NCBI GenBank assembly: GCA_030141605.1
Contig: JAQGDQ010000910.1
Location: forward strand, 1 to 64,000
Length of the DNA: 64,000 nucleotides
Direction: 5' to 3'
DNA from: Tubiluchus corallicola
Lineage: Eukaryota; Animalia; Priapulida
Part shown: piece after piece, positions 26,366-37,937 of the stretch
Layout of the letters: every line of letters begins with the position of its first letter
Position numbering within the stretch: the stretch's first letter is position 1
Position numbers and translations under genes: made by a program
Notes under the pieces: model-generated
What the model was told of the DNA's origin: nothing
What the model saw: only the letters and a program-made list of their open reading frames with translations
Database searches by the model: none

Positions 26366-29300
26366 ATGGTCGAAGAACCAGAAAGTAGCAAAGATGTAGA
26401 AGACAATGAGGCTGGTGACGTTACCATGGTGATTCCACACATACGTCAGAGTTATAACTGGGACTGCGGCCTGGCTTGTGTCAAAATGGTGCTAAAGTGA
26501 GCTCAAGGAGCACATGTTTGCTTGCATATCAAAACCGTCCATAAGTGGGGATAGTTAAAACTGCGTTACGATGCTTCAGAGTAGAATGCACCAAAAATTT
26601 GGTCAAATGTCAATTTTCAATTTTTATAAAAACAAACGCTAAATATATTGGACTTTTATATTCTAGCATCAAATTATCAGGAAAATGTTCAAAAAACTCA
26701 AAAAATGTAATTTTATTACCCCGTACCCACTTTTCTGCCTAAAAATTAGTACTACTATTGAGAAAAACTTATATTTTCAAACTCCATTGTAGCTTCAAGT
26801 TTCTGTTACCAAACCCAGATCTTCGTCAGGAAGGGCCATCTACTGGACTTAAATGTAACTTCAATGTGTTCTTGCAAAATCCAGCATTTGTGCGGTTGCT
26901 AAGAGCTTTGTAGAAATGCGACAAAAAACAATGGCTGACTTTAACAGTGATTTTCTCAAGGTTATGTTTTTCAGTGTGCAGCCTGCACCTCAACTTCAAC
27001 GTGGATTATCTCAGCTTAGAAATAACATAGAGTGATGAACTTGGTATCAAAATGATGCTCATGAAATGCAGATTCAGGATTTGTGAATAACTTGAAAAAT
27101 TTAGTTGCCGACTTATCGACAATTTTGATATGCAAGCAACACATATTAATAGTTTCTCTTTCTTAGAATGGTATAAGGCTGACAATAAAATACTTCTGTT
27201 TCTAATCGTGCGGGTAATTTTTTTTATTGCGCTTGTTATCCCTGCATTATGTCTTAAACGAAATTATTTTATCATCATCATCACCACCACCACCACCGCC
27301 TAAAAAACTCAATTGAATTCGAATGTAAGATTCTCACCCCTAATCGTGCAGCGGTTCCGAAACTTTATGGATAAATGATTTATCCCGGGATCTGCGTTAA
27401 TTTTTTTCAGATATTTTTATCCCGACGTGGATTTTTCAGATTTCGAAGAAAAATGCGACTCTGTTGGATTTCATCAAACGTAGGTAACTTTTGGTTTAGA
27501 TTTTTTCATTTTCTAAATTAAAAAAAACGCTCTTGAATATTCCATTTCATATCTGTGGTCTCTGTTAAAATGAACTGTATGCCACCGTTGTCTCAACAAT
27601 GAAGATTACCTGTCAATTGCTTCTGATATTATGCAGGTAAATTTTTAAATTCAAACATTTAAAAGGAAATACAGAGCAATGATTCTCAACAAGTACAACA
27701 CTTTTTAATTTCCCATACCTACTGCAGCAGTCATACCACAATCCTGGTACAGATTATGCAAAACAAGGCATCATTGATAAATCTTTAGAGCTGATGTCAA
27801 CATAGCACAATCTATCATCTTTCTTCCTACCATTTCCACTAACACATCCTTCTACTCTTCCTGTGTGATCTAACCTTTCTCCCAGTTCTTTTTTTGTTCA
27901 CTCATCCATTCTTTTTTTATCGGGTTCACATGACAGTGGGCTTATACAAGCCTTTGCTTCTCTAGCCCACAGCAGTACAATTATTCTTTTATGATAACGA
28001 TAATGTATGAAACATAATAATTTAATACAGTAGATGTAATAATTTTGATGTCACTGTGTGCTTAATGTCATTATATTGTACTGAATGCGATAATAATAAA
28101 CTAAAACTAAAGGTGTCGAGATGTTAGATGTTAGTGTAATGTTAGAGATACGTGGGTTTACCTGTAAAGAATTAGAATTGTTGCTTAACTTTGTGTTGAC
28201 CAGCTGTGGCTCATAGCTAAATTTATTAGGGGTGCTGCTTCAGAAAATTTTTAGCCATTGTTTTAATACTGTGTAAAACAAAACAAACATATGTAATTTT
28301 ATTGTTGCGATTTCTAATTGTATTTTTTTATACAAACAAACAAACATTTGAAAGTTTACGCATAAACTTGATAAAATCCTAAACAATAAAATATTTGTTG
28401 CTTACTAATAGCCTAAATTGTCACAGTTTGAGCTTGGTAAATCCACGGTAAGCATGTGACAACTATCAACAAACTGTGTGAGTGACAGTACTTTCTCTAT
28501 CTGGGCTCAGACATATTATTCCACATAGGTTGACACGGTAAGCACGTGACAACTATCAACAAACTGTGTGAGTGACAATACTTTTTCTACCTGGGCTCAG
28601 ATGTATTATTCCACATAGGTGGTCACAGTAAGCACGTGACAACTATCAACAAACTGTGTGAGTAACAGTACTTCTTCTACTTGTGTTGTATTTCAATTTC
28701 ACTTTGGTTTTTCTCTTCAGCATTTGGACGGTGGATCTCGTCTATGTTTTGAAGCAGTACGGAGTTGATTCGTTGTTTTGCACGTTGACGTTGGGTGTTG
28801 ATACCGGATATTCAAAAGTGGTGAGGCTTTTCTTCTTTCTAAGAGGCTTAAAGGGCAAGAAAAGGGGTACCTGAATTAGGTTTCAGAAAAATCGCCTTAA
28901 AAGTTGTATTATTTTAGCAATTTTATGTGTATATCGTACTCGTGTTGAAAGGAATTTTTTTATTTTAAAACTCTCGCAATACTTTTCAGACCACGCCATT
29001 ACTTGATGTCACACACGCACTACGTAAATCACGGGAAGAAAAGAAAACGTTAAATTATGTCCCAAAAGACTTTCCATGCAAAGTTATATTACTTAGCTTT
29101 TCACTAACCTGTTTGAAAGGCTTATGTAACTAGAAAAGAAAATTATTAATTATTTAAAAAGCTTTCACCATTTAGTAAAATATCTCTGACTCCACCCCCC
29201 AGGGTGCAGCACTTACTAACCAAAAAACAAATATTTAAACTTATTGACAAGATATGGTAAGTAAAATTTTACACAGTCAGAGACGTGTGCGCTATGATTG

Positions 29301-32300
29301 GTCCGATTATTTTTTCAAACTTTACCTGATATTATCTGAACTTGTTTCAAATGACCTGTCGTCAAAATGGCTGCATCTAACCGTCATTGCGGGAGTTTGA
29401 ATTTACAAGTTTTATACAGCGTTATTGTCAACGCAAGCCTAATATGCAAAAAGGTAGTATGTAAGTGATATAAAATTTCAAGACTATTTTTAAGCTTTAT
29501 GTAAGTTGAGGGTTTTCTTGTGCTTTAATGGAAAGCAGGGTGATTTATAATTTCCTTTTCCATTTACACTCTAACACCTATAATAATGCTACAGCATCTC
29601 TGGTAAGTAATTAACAGGTTGTTGGCATCCTTCTGTCTCAGAAGACAATGGAGTGTGCCCCAAGAGAGTCAGTTATTGATCACATTGATGGAGCTGCAGA
29701 GTCGACTGTCTTCAGGGTACACGCCTGGGCAAGGTGTATGGAGATCCTGAGTTGCCCAGACAACAGGATCCCCCTCTCTTCTTCCCTGGTGTAAGCGGAG
29801 CGATACGTTTGTCACCAGGTTGGCTGCCGGAGTCAGTGAGCATGCTGCACTGGTCCGCCTTCGGGGCTCCACTCCTGATTTGGAAGGTTTACTCCTCTAA
29901 ACATGGCCATTGGGTCACTTGACCTCCTCCGCCCTCTAGCCATTGGCTGTTTGTGCAGCTCCCCTGCCTAGTGTCGAGATACAGTGTTGGCATCCTGCAA
30001 GTGTACAGCACCTGCTAGTCCTGGGCGGCTACCCATCCAAGTACTAACCAGGCTCTACGTTGCTTAACTTCGGTGATCAGACGCGAACCGGTGTTTTCAA
30101 CGTGATTTGGCCGTAGCTAATTAACAGGTTGAAAAACTTATTTAAATGCAGGTGAGTCGTCAATTCCAGTTTCTATTGGGTTAGCTACGAAATGGACAGC
30201 TTGATCGCCTAGCCGTGTAACTCTGACCACTTGTTGACCACTTATCTGCAAACAGGACAGAAAACATGGTCCAAATATTCCACAAAAAGTGAACTGTGAC
30301 ATTAAAATTTAAGCAACGTAAATGAAAGACGAAGTTCAGAGATGGAAAAAATTCCCACTTACAATCAGAAATTAAGGTTTCCCATATTGAAAGACGAAGT
30401 TCAGAGATGGAAAAAATTCCCACTTACAATCAGAAATTAAGGTTTCCCATAATGAAAGACGAAGTTCAGAGATGGAAAAAATTCTCACTTGCAATCAGAA
30501 ATTAAGGTTTCCCATATTGAAAGACGAAGTTCAGAGATGGAAAAAATTCTCACTTGCAATCAGAAATTAAGGTTTCCCATATTGAAAGACGAAGTTCAGA
30601 GATGGAAAAAATTCTCACTTACAATCAGAAATTAAGGTTTCCCATATTGAAAGACGAAGTTCAGAGATGGAAAAAATTCCCACTTACTATCAGAAATATG
30701 ATTTCCCATATTAATTATCATTTATCAACAATCATGCTAGTACAACATCCTTCAAAAACTGATTCAAGATTATTATCAGTTAGTATGTCAGGGAAGCATT
30801 TACTAATCCAATGATACCTTTTCAGTAAGGATGATATTCTCCATTTGATAGCTATAGGGATGCCACTCTGTCTTGAGCCAAAGTCGGGAGACGAGAGCTA
30901 GCTAGGTGACCTGTGAGCTCCCCCAATGAGACCCGGGAGGGAGCCTTGGGAACAACTGTTTCCTGCATTTTAGATGTTTCACGAGGAACTTCTTCAGAAA
31001 TTAAAATCAATAAATTCAGCCTTTAAGGTAGCTGGGTGGTCGAGTGGTTTAGATTTCGGACTGCAATCACGCGGTCTTGAGTTCGAAACTAGCGGCTGCA
31101 AATTCCAGGACATTTGCTCTATTCACTATTTGTGTGTTGCGTCTTTACCTGTATTGTTGTAAGTGTCGTCGCTAAATAGATGTTAGTGCTGTTGTTGTCT
31201 GTTAAATGAGCAACGGTGAATAAATAAATCTTGTCTTTAGTATAAATCTTGATGTTTGACTCCAAAAAGCCGTAAAAATCTAAAACGTACAAAAGTGCAA
31301 GCAGCCTGTACATCAATTTTTCCAGTTTCTTCCCAGTCACATTTCTCACATTTTATGAGGTACCAGTGGTGGCAACCCTAGACACCGGGCCCAAATCGGG
31401 AGTGCTGGCAACCCTAGACCCCGGGCCCAATCAGGAGTGGTGGCAACCCTAGACACCGGGTCCAATCAGGAGTGGTGGCAACCCTAGACACCGGGCCCAA
31501 ATCGGGAGTGCTGGCAACCCTAGACCCCGGGCCCAAATCAGGAGCGGTGGCAACCCTAGACACCGGGCCCAATCAGGAGTGGTGGCAACCCTAGACACCG
31601 GGTCCAATCAGGAGTGGTGGCAACCCTAGACACCGGGTCCAATCAGGAGTGGTAGCAACCCTAGACACCGGGTCCAATCAGGAGTGGTGGCAACCCTAGA
31701 CACCGGGTCCAATCAGGAGTGGTGGCAACCCTAGATACCGGGTCCAATCAGGAGTGGTGGCAACCCTAGACACCGGGTCCAATCAGGAGTGGTGACAACC
31801 CTAGACACCGGGTCCAATCAGGAGTGGTGGCAACCCTAGATACCGGGTCCAATCAGGAGTGGTGGCAACCCTAGACACCGGGCCCAATCAGGAGTGGTAG
31901 CAACCCTAGACACCGGGCCCAATCAGGAGTGGTAGCAACCCTAGACACCGGGCCCAAATCGGGAGTGCTGGCAACCCTAGACCCCGGGCCCAAATCAGGA
32001 GCGGTGGCAACCCTAGACACCGGGCCCAATCAGGAGTGGTGGCAACCCTAGATACCGGGTCCAATCAGGAGTGGTGACAACCCTAGATACCGGGTCCAAT
32101 CAGGAGTGGTGACAACCCTAGATACCGGGTCCAATCAGGAGTGGTGACAACCCTAGATACCGGGTCCAATCAGGAGTGGTAGCAACCCTAGACACCGGGC
32201 CCAAATCAGGAGTGGTAGCAACCCTAGACACCGGGCCCAATCAGGAGTGGTGGCAACCCTAGATAACTACTAAGTGTTGAAGTGCATAAAATTGGTCCAT

Positions 32301-32736
32301 TGCCTTTTCATTTTCTACATTTCAGAAGTTTTATGCTTCCTCTGTCGGCAAGGATGAAAATCGGGTGAACTCCCTTTTCTCCGAGGCTGGAAGCAATGGC
32401 ATCGTAATAGAACAAAGGCAAGTTTAATAGGTGATTTATACCTTCATTCTAACGTGTTTGCTTAACCCTTTCACTGCTTTTTAACTTTCCCACCTTGACT
32501 TTTGCTCATTTGACAATAACTTCTTGTGGTGTGTTACTAAAACAAAATCTTGTAAATAAACAAATAGTTGTTCGTTATTGAGTACTAATATCAGATATTA
32601 GTTTTGTTTTTACACATACACATACATGCACTCATACACGCACACACGCACACACACACACACACATGCACACACCCACACACACATGCATGCACACGCA
32701 CACATACACACACACACACATAGGCACGCACACACA

Positions 32737-32789
<53 letters not shown>

Positions 32790-35470
32790 GCACGTAGGCA
32801 CACACACACACACGTACACACACGCACACACACCCTCATAAATAAACATGTACTTATATTTAGAAACCAGTTTTCACAAAAGACGCAATACTAATCCGTA
32901 ATATACAATCATTTTATAAGAATGCAGAACAACGATCTACAAGTGATCTTGCGTGGGAACATATCATACAGCACAGTATTGTGGAATGCACCTGGCTTCA
33001 GATGCTGATTGGCTGGCTAGCATTACCTGTTTCAAAGCAACCTCAATCCCACGGCTCTTAAACTTTTCTATAATGTTCTGCATGGCCATAGCAGTGAAAT
33101 AAACAGACCTGGGTGACTGCGCTTAGTGCTGAGTTTGGGCGGCAGTTTGCGTGAAAAACATAGGCGGCAGTGTCTAACCTAATAACATTCATATTGTAAA
33201 GTGTAGATATTTTTGTATTTCCATTTTTTAAATAAATTTAGAAAAAATTGACAAATTTAAAATGGCTGTTTGCAGCTGGTTGGATTTTAACACGGCAAGT
33301 GCAGGTGCAATTTATCTGCTGGAAAAACGCAGATGATTCCGTGAAGAAAAAGCGTTTAACAAGATAACACAGAAATGTTTTAACCGTCCATACAAGTTCA
33401 AACTTTAAAGCATCATCTTCCACTTCTATTATCGAATTTGGACGTAGATGGCAGCACGGGTTCAAACTTGAAAGCATCATCTTCCACTTCTATTATCGAA
33501 TTTGAACGTAGATGGCAGCACAGCGTTATTCATACCCTTCACACGCATGGTGGATACACCGTGCCGATTTCCGACAAAGTTTAACGTGCATATTTTGCTT
33601 GCTTATGTAATTAGCCGACTGACTAAGTCATCCTAGCGCCACCTGTTGATAATTTTGAAAAGCTCGACGTACTTGCAGGTCTGTGTCGATGGAGGAGGTT
33701 TTGGAGAATTTGCGTAAATCTCGTCCAGTCATCGTTCTGATAAACGCTCGATTGTTAAGGTGTATCACATGTCGGCGACATTGTCTAGAATGCTGTCTGT
33801 CTTGTGTAAATAGAGGATATTATGGTGAGTTTAAAGGAAATGTTATATAATCTTATATGATTTGCTATATCATTTAAAATCTCAGCATGGTGAACGATAA
33901 AATACATTTAAAATTCATAGGAAACATCAAATTTAAAAGACATGGAAAATTTAAATTAGTTCATCATAAAAGTACAATTTAAACAAATGCATTTTAAATG
34001 TTTTAGCTAAGCCGGTCTGGTTGTGTGACTTTACTAAGCTGGTCTGGTCATGTGACTTTGCTAAGCTGGTCTGGTCATGTGACTTTACTAAGCTGGTCTG
34101 GTCATGTGACTTTACTAAGCTGGTCTGGTCATGTGACTTTGCTAAGCCGGTCTGGTCATGTGACTTTGCTAAGCTGGTCTGGTCATGTGACTTTGCTAAG
34201 CTGGTCTGGTCGCGCAACTTTGCTAAACTGGTGCGGTTTCTTAGCTTAAAGTGATATAGAGCCGTTCTAAAGTAAAATATACATTATAAAATAAACATAT
34301 ATACATTAATATATAAAATATATTTATATATAAAGTAAAATATATTAATCACTGCAGTTTTTTTTATATGCGAAGTTTGGCACCCATCAAGCTGGAGTCA
34401 CTCACTAGACACTAGAGATCACTTAATAACATGGTTGTGGCACGACTGGAATGTATCTCGTTATCAAGGATAGTTTTTTAAAATGAGTCACTAGACCAGC
34501 CAAGGTGCCTTGGCCAGATTTGGATGTGTATCCATCCAATCATATCAACAAAGTGTATAATATGGCAGATGAAACGCCCCACCATGAGTCACTCAGCCGT
34601 CAACTAACCAGGTTCGGTATTGCTTAACTTTAGCTGCTACATGCACTGCATAACTGCTTGACTATTCACCTTCATTTCCTGGTCAGTAAATTGTCGTTGT
34701 CATTTGCCAGCTGTTGCATTTCTGTCCATTTTTCACAAATGTTTTTGAATTTTAGGTCATTTTATAGTCTTAACCGGTTTCAATGAGAAAACTCAAGTTC
34801 TGATGTACAAAAATCCGGCTTGTAAAAGCAGTAAGTACTTACCATCCATTTCCATACTTTGTGATGATTTCAGAGGAGTTAGTTTCTGACGTCATATGAT
34901 GTAGAGCCCATTTTTTCGTGACATCATATGTTTAAGCAGTACTGTAACACCTATGCAAATGTGCTTGACGCGCAAGGGAAGATGCCTGCCATTGCACAAA
35001 CTGTGGTTAGTTTCTGAAGTAAGCAATAGCTGTGTAAGGAAAATATAAGGAACAATTGCTAGCTTTTACAGGCAAGAAAATGTATATTTTGGACAGTAAA
35101 TTAAAATGAGATTGAGTAAAAAACAATCATCCGGTTTTCCTTTAAAATTCGAAATTGGGATTCGAAATCTCAAAAGTCGGTTTGATTAGAATTCACAAGT
35201 CACAAATTCAAATCGATTCGAATTTGCTTTCTGGTAGAGAACGTTCCTCTCACCTAGTTTGTCACTATTTAGAACAGTTCAAGCCATTTTGAGTGATTAC
35301 ACTTCTTTGTTTGTGTATAAATGTGTAACTCACTTGCTAATGATGTCTTCATTTTTGTAGAACTGTGTGCGACGACGTACGGCAACTTCGAGGAATGCCG
35401 TCACAGTTACGGCACCGACGACGACATAGTTTTCGTTCGTCGACCGTCGGTACTGGCGACAAACAGTTAG
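26366..35470 (+). CDS. GUCD1: GUCD1 (C22orf13-like, Guanylate_cyc_2 family), 240 aa. Coding exons 26366-26496, 27411-27479, 28721-28820, 32326-32417, 33679-33824, 34756-34830, 35361-35470
   Basis: Exons join in frame (131+69+100+92+146+75+110 = 723 nt). Family motifs: PHIRQSYNWDCGLACVKMVL, TIWTVDLVYVL, FCTLTLGVDTGY, GHFIVLTGFN, YKNPA, FEECRHSYGTDDDIVFV. An in-frame TAA lies just before the ATG. Introns are GT-AG except intron 4 (GC-AG). Confidence 0.93.
26513..27145. mobile_element. TIR-bounded non-autonomous DNA element in a GUCD1 intron
   Basis: atgtttgcttgcatatcaaaa ... ttttgatatgcaagcaacacat. TSD unclear. Confidence 0.6.
27786..28095 (+). mobile_element. Dispersed retroelement-like 3' fragment
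   Basis: A near-identical inverted copy lies at ~54330-54636. It ends in an aataataaa-type tail. Confidence 0.7.
28445..28680. repeat. Tandem repeat, ~90-bp unit x3
   Basis: gtaagcacgtgacaactatcaacaaactgtgtgagt occurs three times. Confidence 0.85.
28852..29524. mobile_element. TTAA-flanked MITE (Kolobok-like)
   Basis: TTAA|agggcaagaaaa ... ttttcttgtgct|TTAA. Diverged copies lie at ~36200-36864 and ~9290-9545. Confidence 0.75.
29622..30117 (-). mobile_element. 5S rRNA-headed SINE (SINE3 type), 496 bp
   Basis: 14-bp TSD taattaacaggttg at 29608-29621 and 30118-30131. The minus-strand head is a near full-length 5S copy, followed by a ~380-bp body ending gagacagaaggatgccaa. Confidence 0.88.
30003..30117 (-). 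pseudogene. 5S rRNA-derived sequence (SINE head, not a bona fide 5S gene)
   Basis: gctacggccaaatcacgttgaaaacaccggttcgcgtctgatcaccgaagttaagcaacgtagagcctggttagtacttggatgggtagccgcccaggactagcaggtgctgta matches animal 5S, including the internal promoter region. No oligo-T terminator follows. Confidence 0.85.
30323..30710. repeat. Minisatellite, 65-bp unit x6
   Basis: Unit tgaaagacgaagttcagagatggaaaaaattcccacttacaatcagaaattaaggtttcccatat. Confidence 0.93.
31030..31235 (+). mobile_element. tRNA-derived SINE-like sequence
   Basis: A box tggtcgagtgg, anticodon-like gactgcaatc, B box gttcgaaac, and an aataaataaa tail. No intact acceptor stem. Confidence 0.5.
31365..32263. repeat. GC-rich minisatellite, 35-36-bp unit x~25
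   Basis: Unit agtggtggcaaccctagacaccgggcccaatcagg. Confidence 0.95.
32611..32833. repeat. Imperfect (CA)n microsatellite
   Basis: Directly visible. Confidence 0.95.
34005..34230. repeat. Minisatellite, 27-bp unit x~8
   Basis: Unit gctaagctggtctggtcatgtgacttt. Confidence 0.93.
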
Positions 35471-35653
35471 CAAACGTTCCGCAAAGCAGCAGTTTTCGAG
35501 CTAGTGAATACCCCGCAGCTTGTGTCAAGACCGTATACTGCACCTGCCCCGTTCTCTGAGTTTGAGATGCAAGCAGTAATGTCACGCGCTTTAGAATTCA
35601 CAAATGAAGCTCTGAAATTGATAGCATAGATAGATGTCTCAATCCCGGATGAC

Positions 35654-36155
35654 CAGGCTGCATAAGATTATGGATATCCATAAAATAAGACCAAAAATCC
35701 ATAAAATAAAATCTGAAAAATCCATAAAATAAGAAATGCATGAAATAAAAAAATATTTTTTTTGTGATTTTTTGTACAAAGTAACGAGTTGTAAGCATTG
35801 GCAACACTGAAAACGAACGTTAGAAGGAGAGAAAGAGAAAGAAAACAAACCAACAAAAGCGCATTTCCGGATTTGCTATTTTACATTGTTTTTTTTCTCA
35901 TTGTCTTTTTGTTATCAAGATGGCGAAGTTTCAACCAAAGCATGAGCTGGAGTTCGGTCTGAAACTAAGTCCTGCGTGTTTAAAAACACGTTTCAAACCA
36001 CCTGTTTTTACTTTTTAATTGATTTCCCCCTGGGCATCTCGTTCCAGATATAGTCTATTTCTTATTTTATTGATATCCATAAAATAAAATTTCAAAAATC
36101 CATAAAATAAGCTATTTTATTTATTTTATACATACCCATAATCTTATGCACCCTA
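35654..36155. mobile_element. hAT-type MITE with ccataaaataa subterminal repeats
   Basis: TIR caggctgcataagattat/ataatcttatgcacccta. TSD cggatgac/cggatgag (7 of 8 match). Confidence 0.85.
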
Positions 36156-36199
36156 CGGATGAGACATGCATTGTTCAGTATGCCTGGCAGGGCCGACCT

Positions 36200-36864
36200 A
36201 AATGTCAAGAGAAGGGGTACCAGAAGTAGCTTTCAGAAAAATTGCTTTAAAGAATTATATTACTTTACAGCAATTTTCTACTCGAGTTGAATAGATTTTT
36301 TGTTTGTTTTCATTTTATATTTCCCGCGATACTTTTCTTACGGCGCCATTACGTGACGTCACCTACGCAAACGTAAATCAGGGGAAGAAAAGTAAATGCT
36401 AAACTTTGTGTCCCAGAAAACTTTCCATGGAAAATTTTGTTAATTAGCATTTCGTTTACCTGCTTGAAAGACTTATGTAACCAGAAAAGAAAATTATTAA
36501 TTTAAAATGCTTTCGCCAATTGGTAAAATGTCGCTGACTCACCCTCCTGGGTGCACCAAAAACGTATTTTTAATCTTATTGACAAGATACAGTAATTTAA
36601 AATTTTATTCATTTAGTGGTGTATGTGCTAAGAATGTCCTTTTTATTTTTTTAAACTTTACACGATTTTATCTAAACTTGTTTCAAATGACCTACCATCA
36701 AAATGGCTGCGCCTAACGGTCGTTGCGGGAGTTTAAATCTACGTTTTATACAGCGATACTGCCAATGCAAGTCGTGTATGCAAAAAGGCATTATGTAAAT
36801 GGTATAAAATTTCAAAACGAATTTTTTTAAGCATTATGGAAGTGGAGGGTTTTCTTGTACTTTC
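36200..36864. mobile_element. Second copy of the TTAA-type MITE at 28852
   Basis: Colinear similarity from aaggggtacc to gagggttttcttgt. Confidence 0.75.
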
Positions 36865-37213
36865 ACAGCATCATAGGCCCCCCCTCCCGGGCAAAACAGT
36901 GCTCTGAGACCCCTACCTGTACAACCACCCACAGGAATAAAAATTTAAACGGTGAATAAAGTTAAACATGTACATCTATTGTATTAGTACGTCCAACAAA
37001 ATCAGTGTTTAAAGATTAAAAAACATGCTAAACAGCAAAGATTAATAAACACGAACGTTTGAACAATGTACATTAAGTTTTAACATATAAATGTTACTCA
37101 ATTGGAAAAACCACGCAGATGTAGATGGCGCTGTCTGAAGTTTATATGATTTATTTATTATTAATAAAGCGTTTAATACAAACGTTTGCAAAGTTTGTTT
37201 TTATACTGTTTAA

Positions 37214-37738
37214 AGGAAAACCGGACGATTCTGTAAACACGAGTTCAGAATAAAGAATGCTCTAAAATATTGAAAACAACAATAGCTTATTTTTAATCAA
37301 AGCTTTGATTAAATAATAATTACCTCGGATACTCAAATGTCGTTAAACTTTCAAAGCTACGCGCGGGTCAGTGAATTTACTAAGATTGGCAGCGGCGCCT
37401 TTTTGTCACATTCGCGTGGCCGATAAATAAAAGGCGGTACCGTGATAAGCATGATCATGAACTGGTGTATTAGTTTTTGACGTCGTATGACGTAGAGCCC
37501 ATTTTCATGACATCACGCGTTTAAAAAGTACCACTTTTGCAGGGAAGACGCCTGCCATTGTGCAAACTGTCGTTAGTTTCTGACGTAAGCAATAGCTGTG
37601 TTCGATTGCCGTTAATTAACTTTCTAAGCTAATTATTCAAATATAAGGAACAATTGCTAACTTTTGCAGGCAAGAAAATGTACATTTTGGACAGTAAATT
37701 AGATTGAGATCGAGTCTAAACAATCGTCCGGTTTTCCT
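37214..37738. mobile_element. TTAA-flanked MITE (Kolobok-like), second family
   Basis: TTAA|aggaaaaccggacgat ... atcgtccggttttcct|TTAA. A partial copy lies at ~34880-35144. Confidence 0.85.
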
Positions 37739-37937
37739 TTAAATAAATGATGAAAGTTCGTTCTTTTTTGTGAGTTCACATTACCGATGTGCACTCAATA
37801 AACCATGTTCGCTATAATGGTGTTATACTGTATTAGTAGTATGTCTTAGTGTAAGATATAATCATGTGTAATTTAAAGCGGAGATCTTATTGTTTTGTCT
37901 TAGTAAGCAGAACATTTTTTCTGCCAACTTTGATATA

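Noticed and set aside
30003-30117. Functional 5S rRNA gene
   Set aside because: Single copy, divergent 3' end, no oligo-T terminator, and enclosed with a body inside a TSD.
31030-31105. tRNA-Cys gene
   Set aside because: A/B boxes are present but the acceptor and T stems do not pair. Treated as a SINE head.
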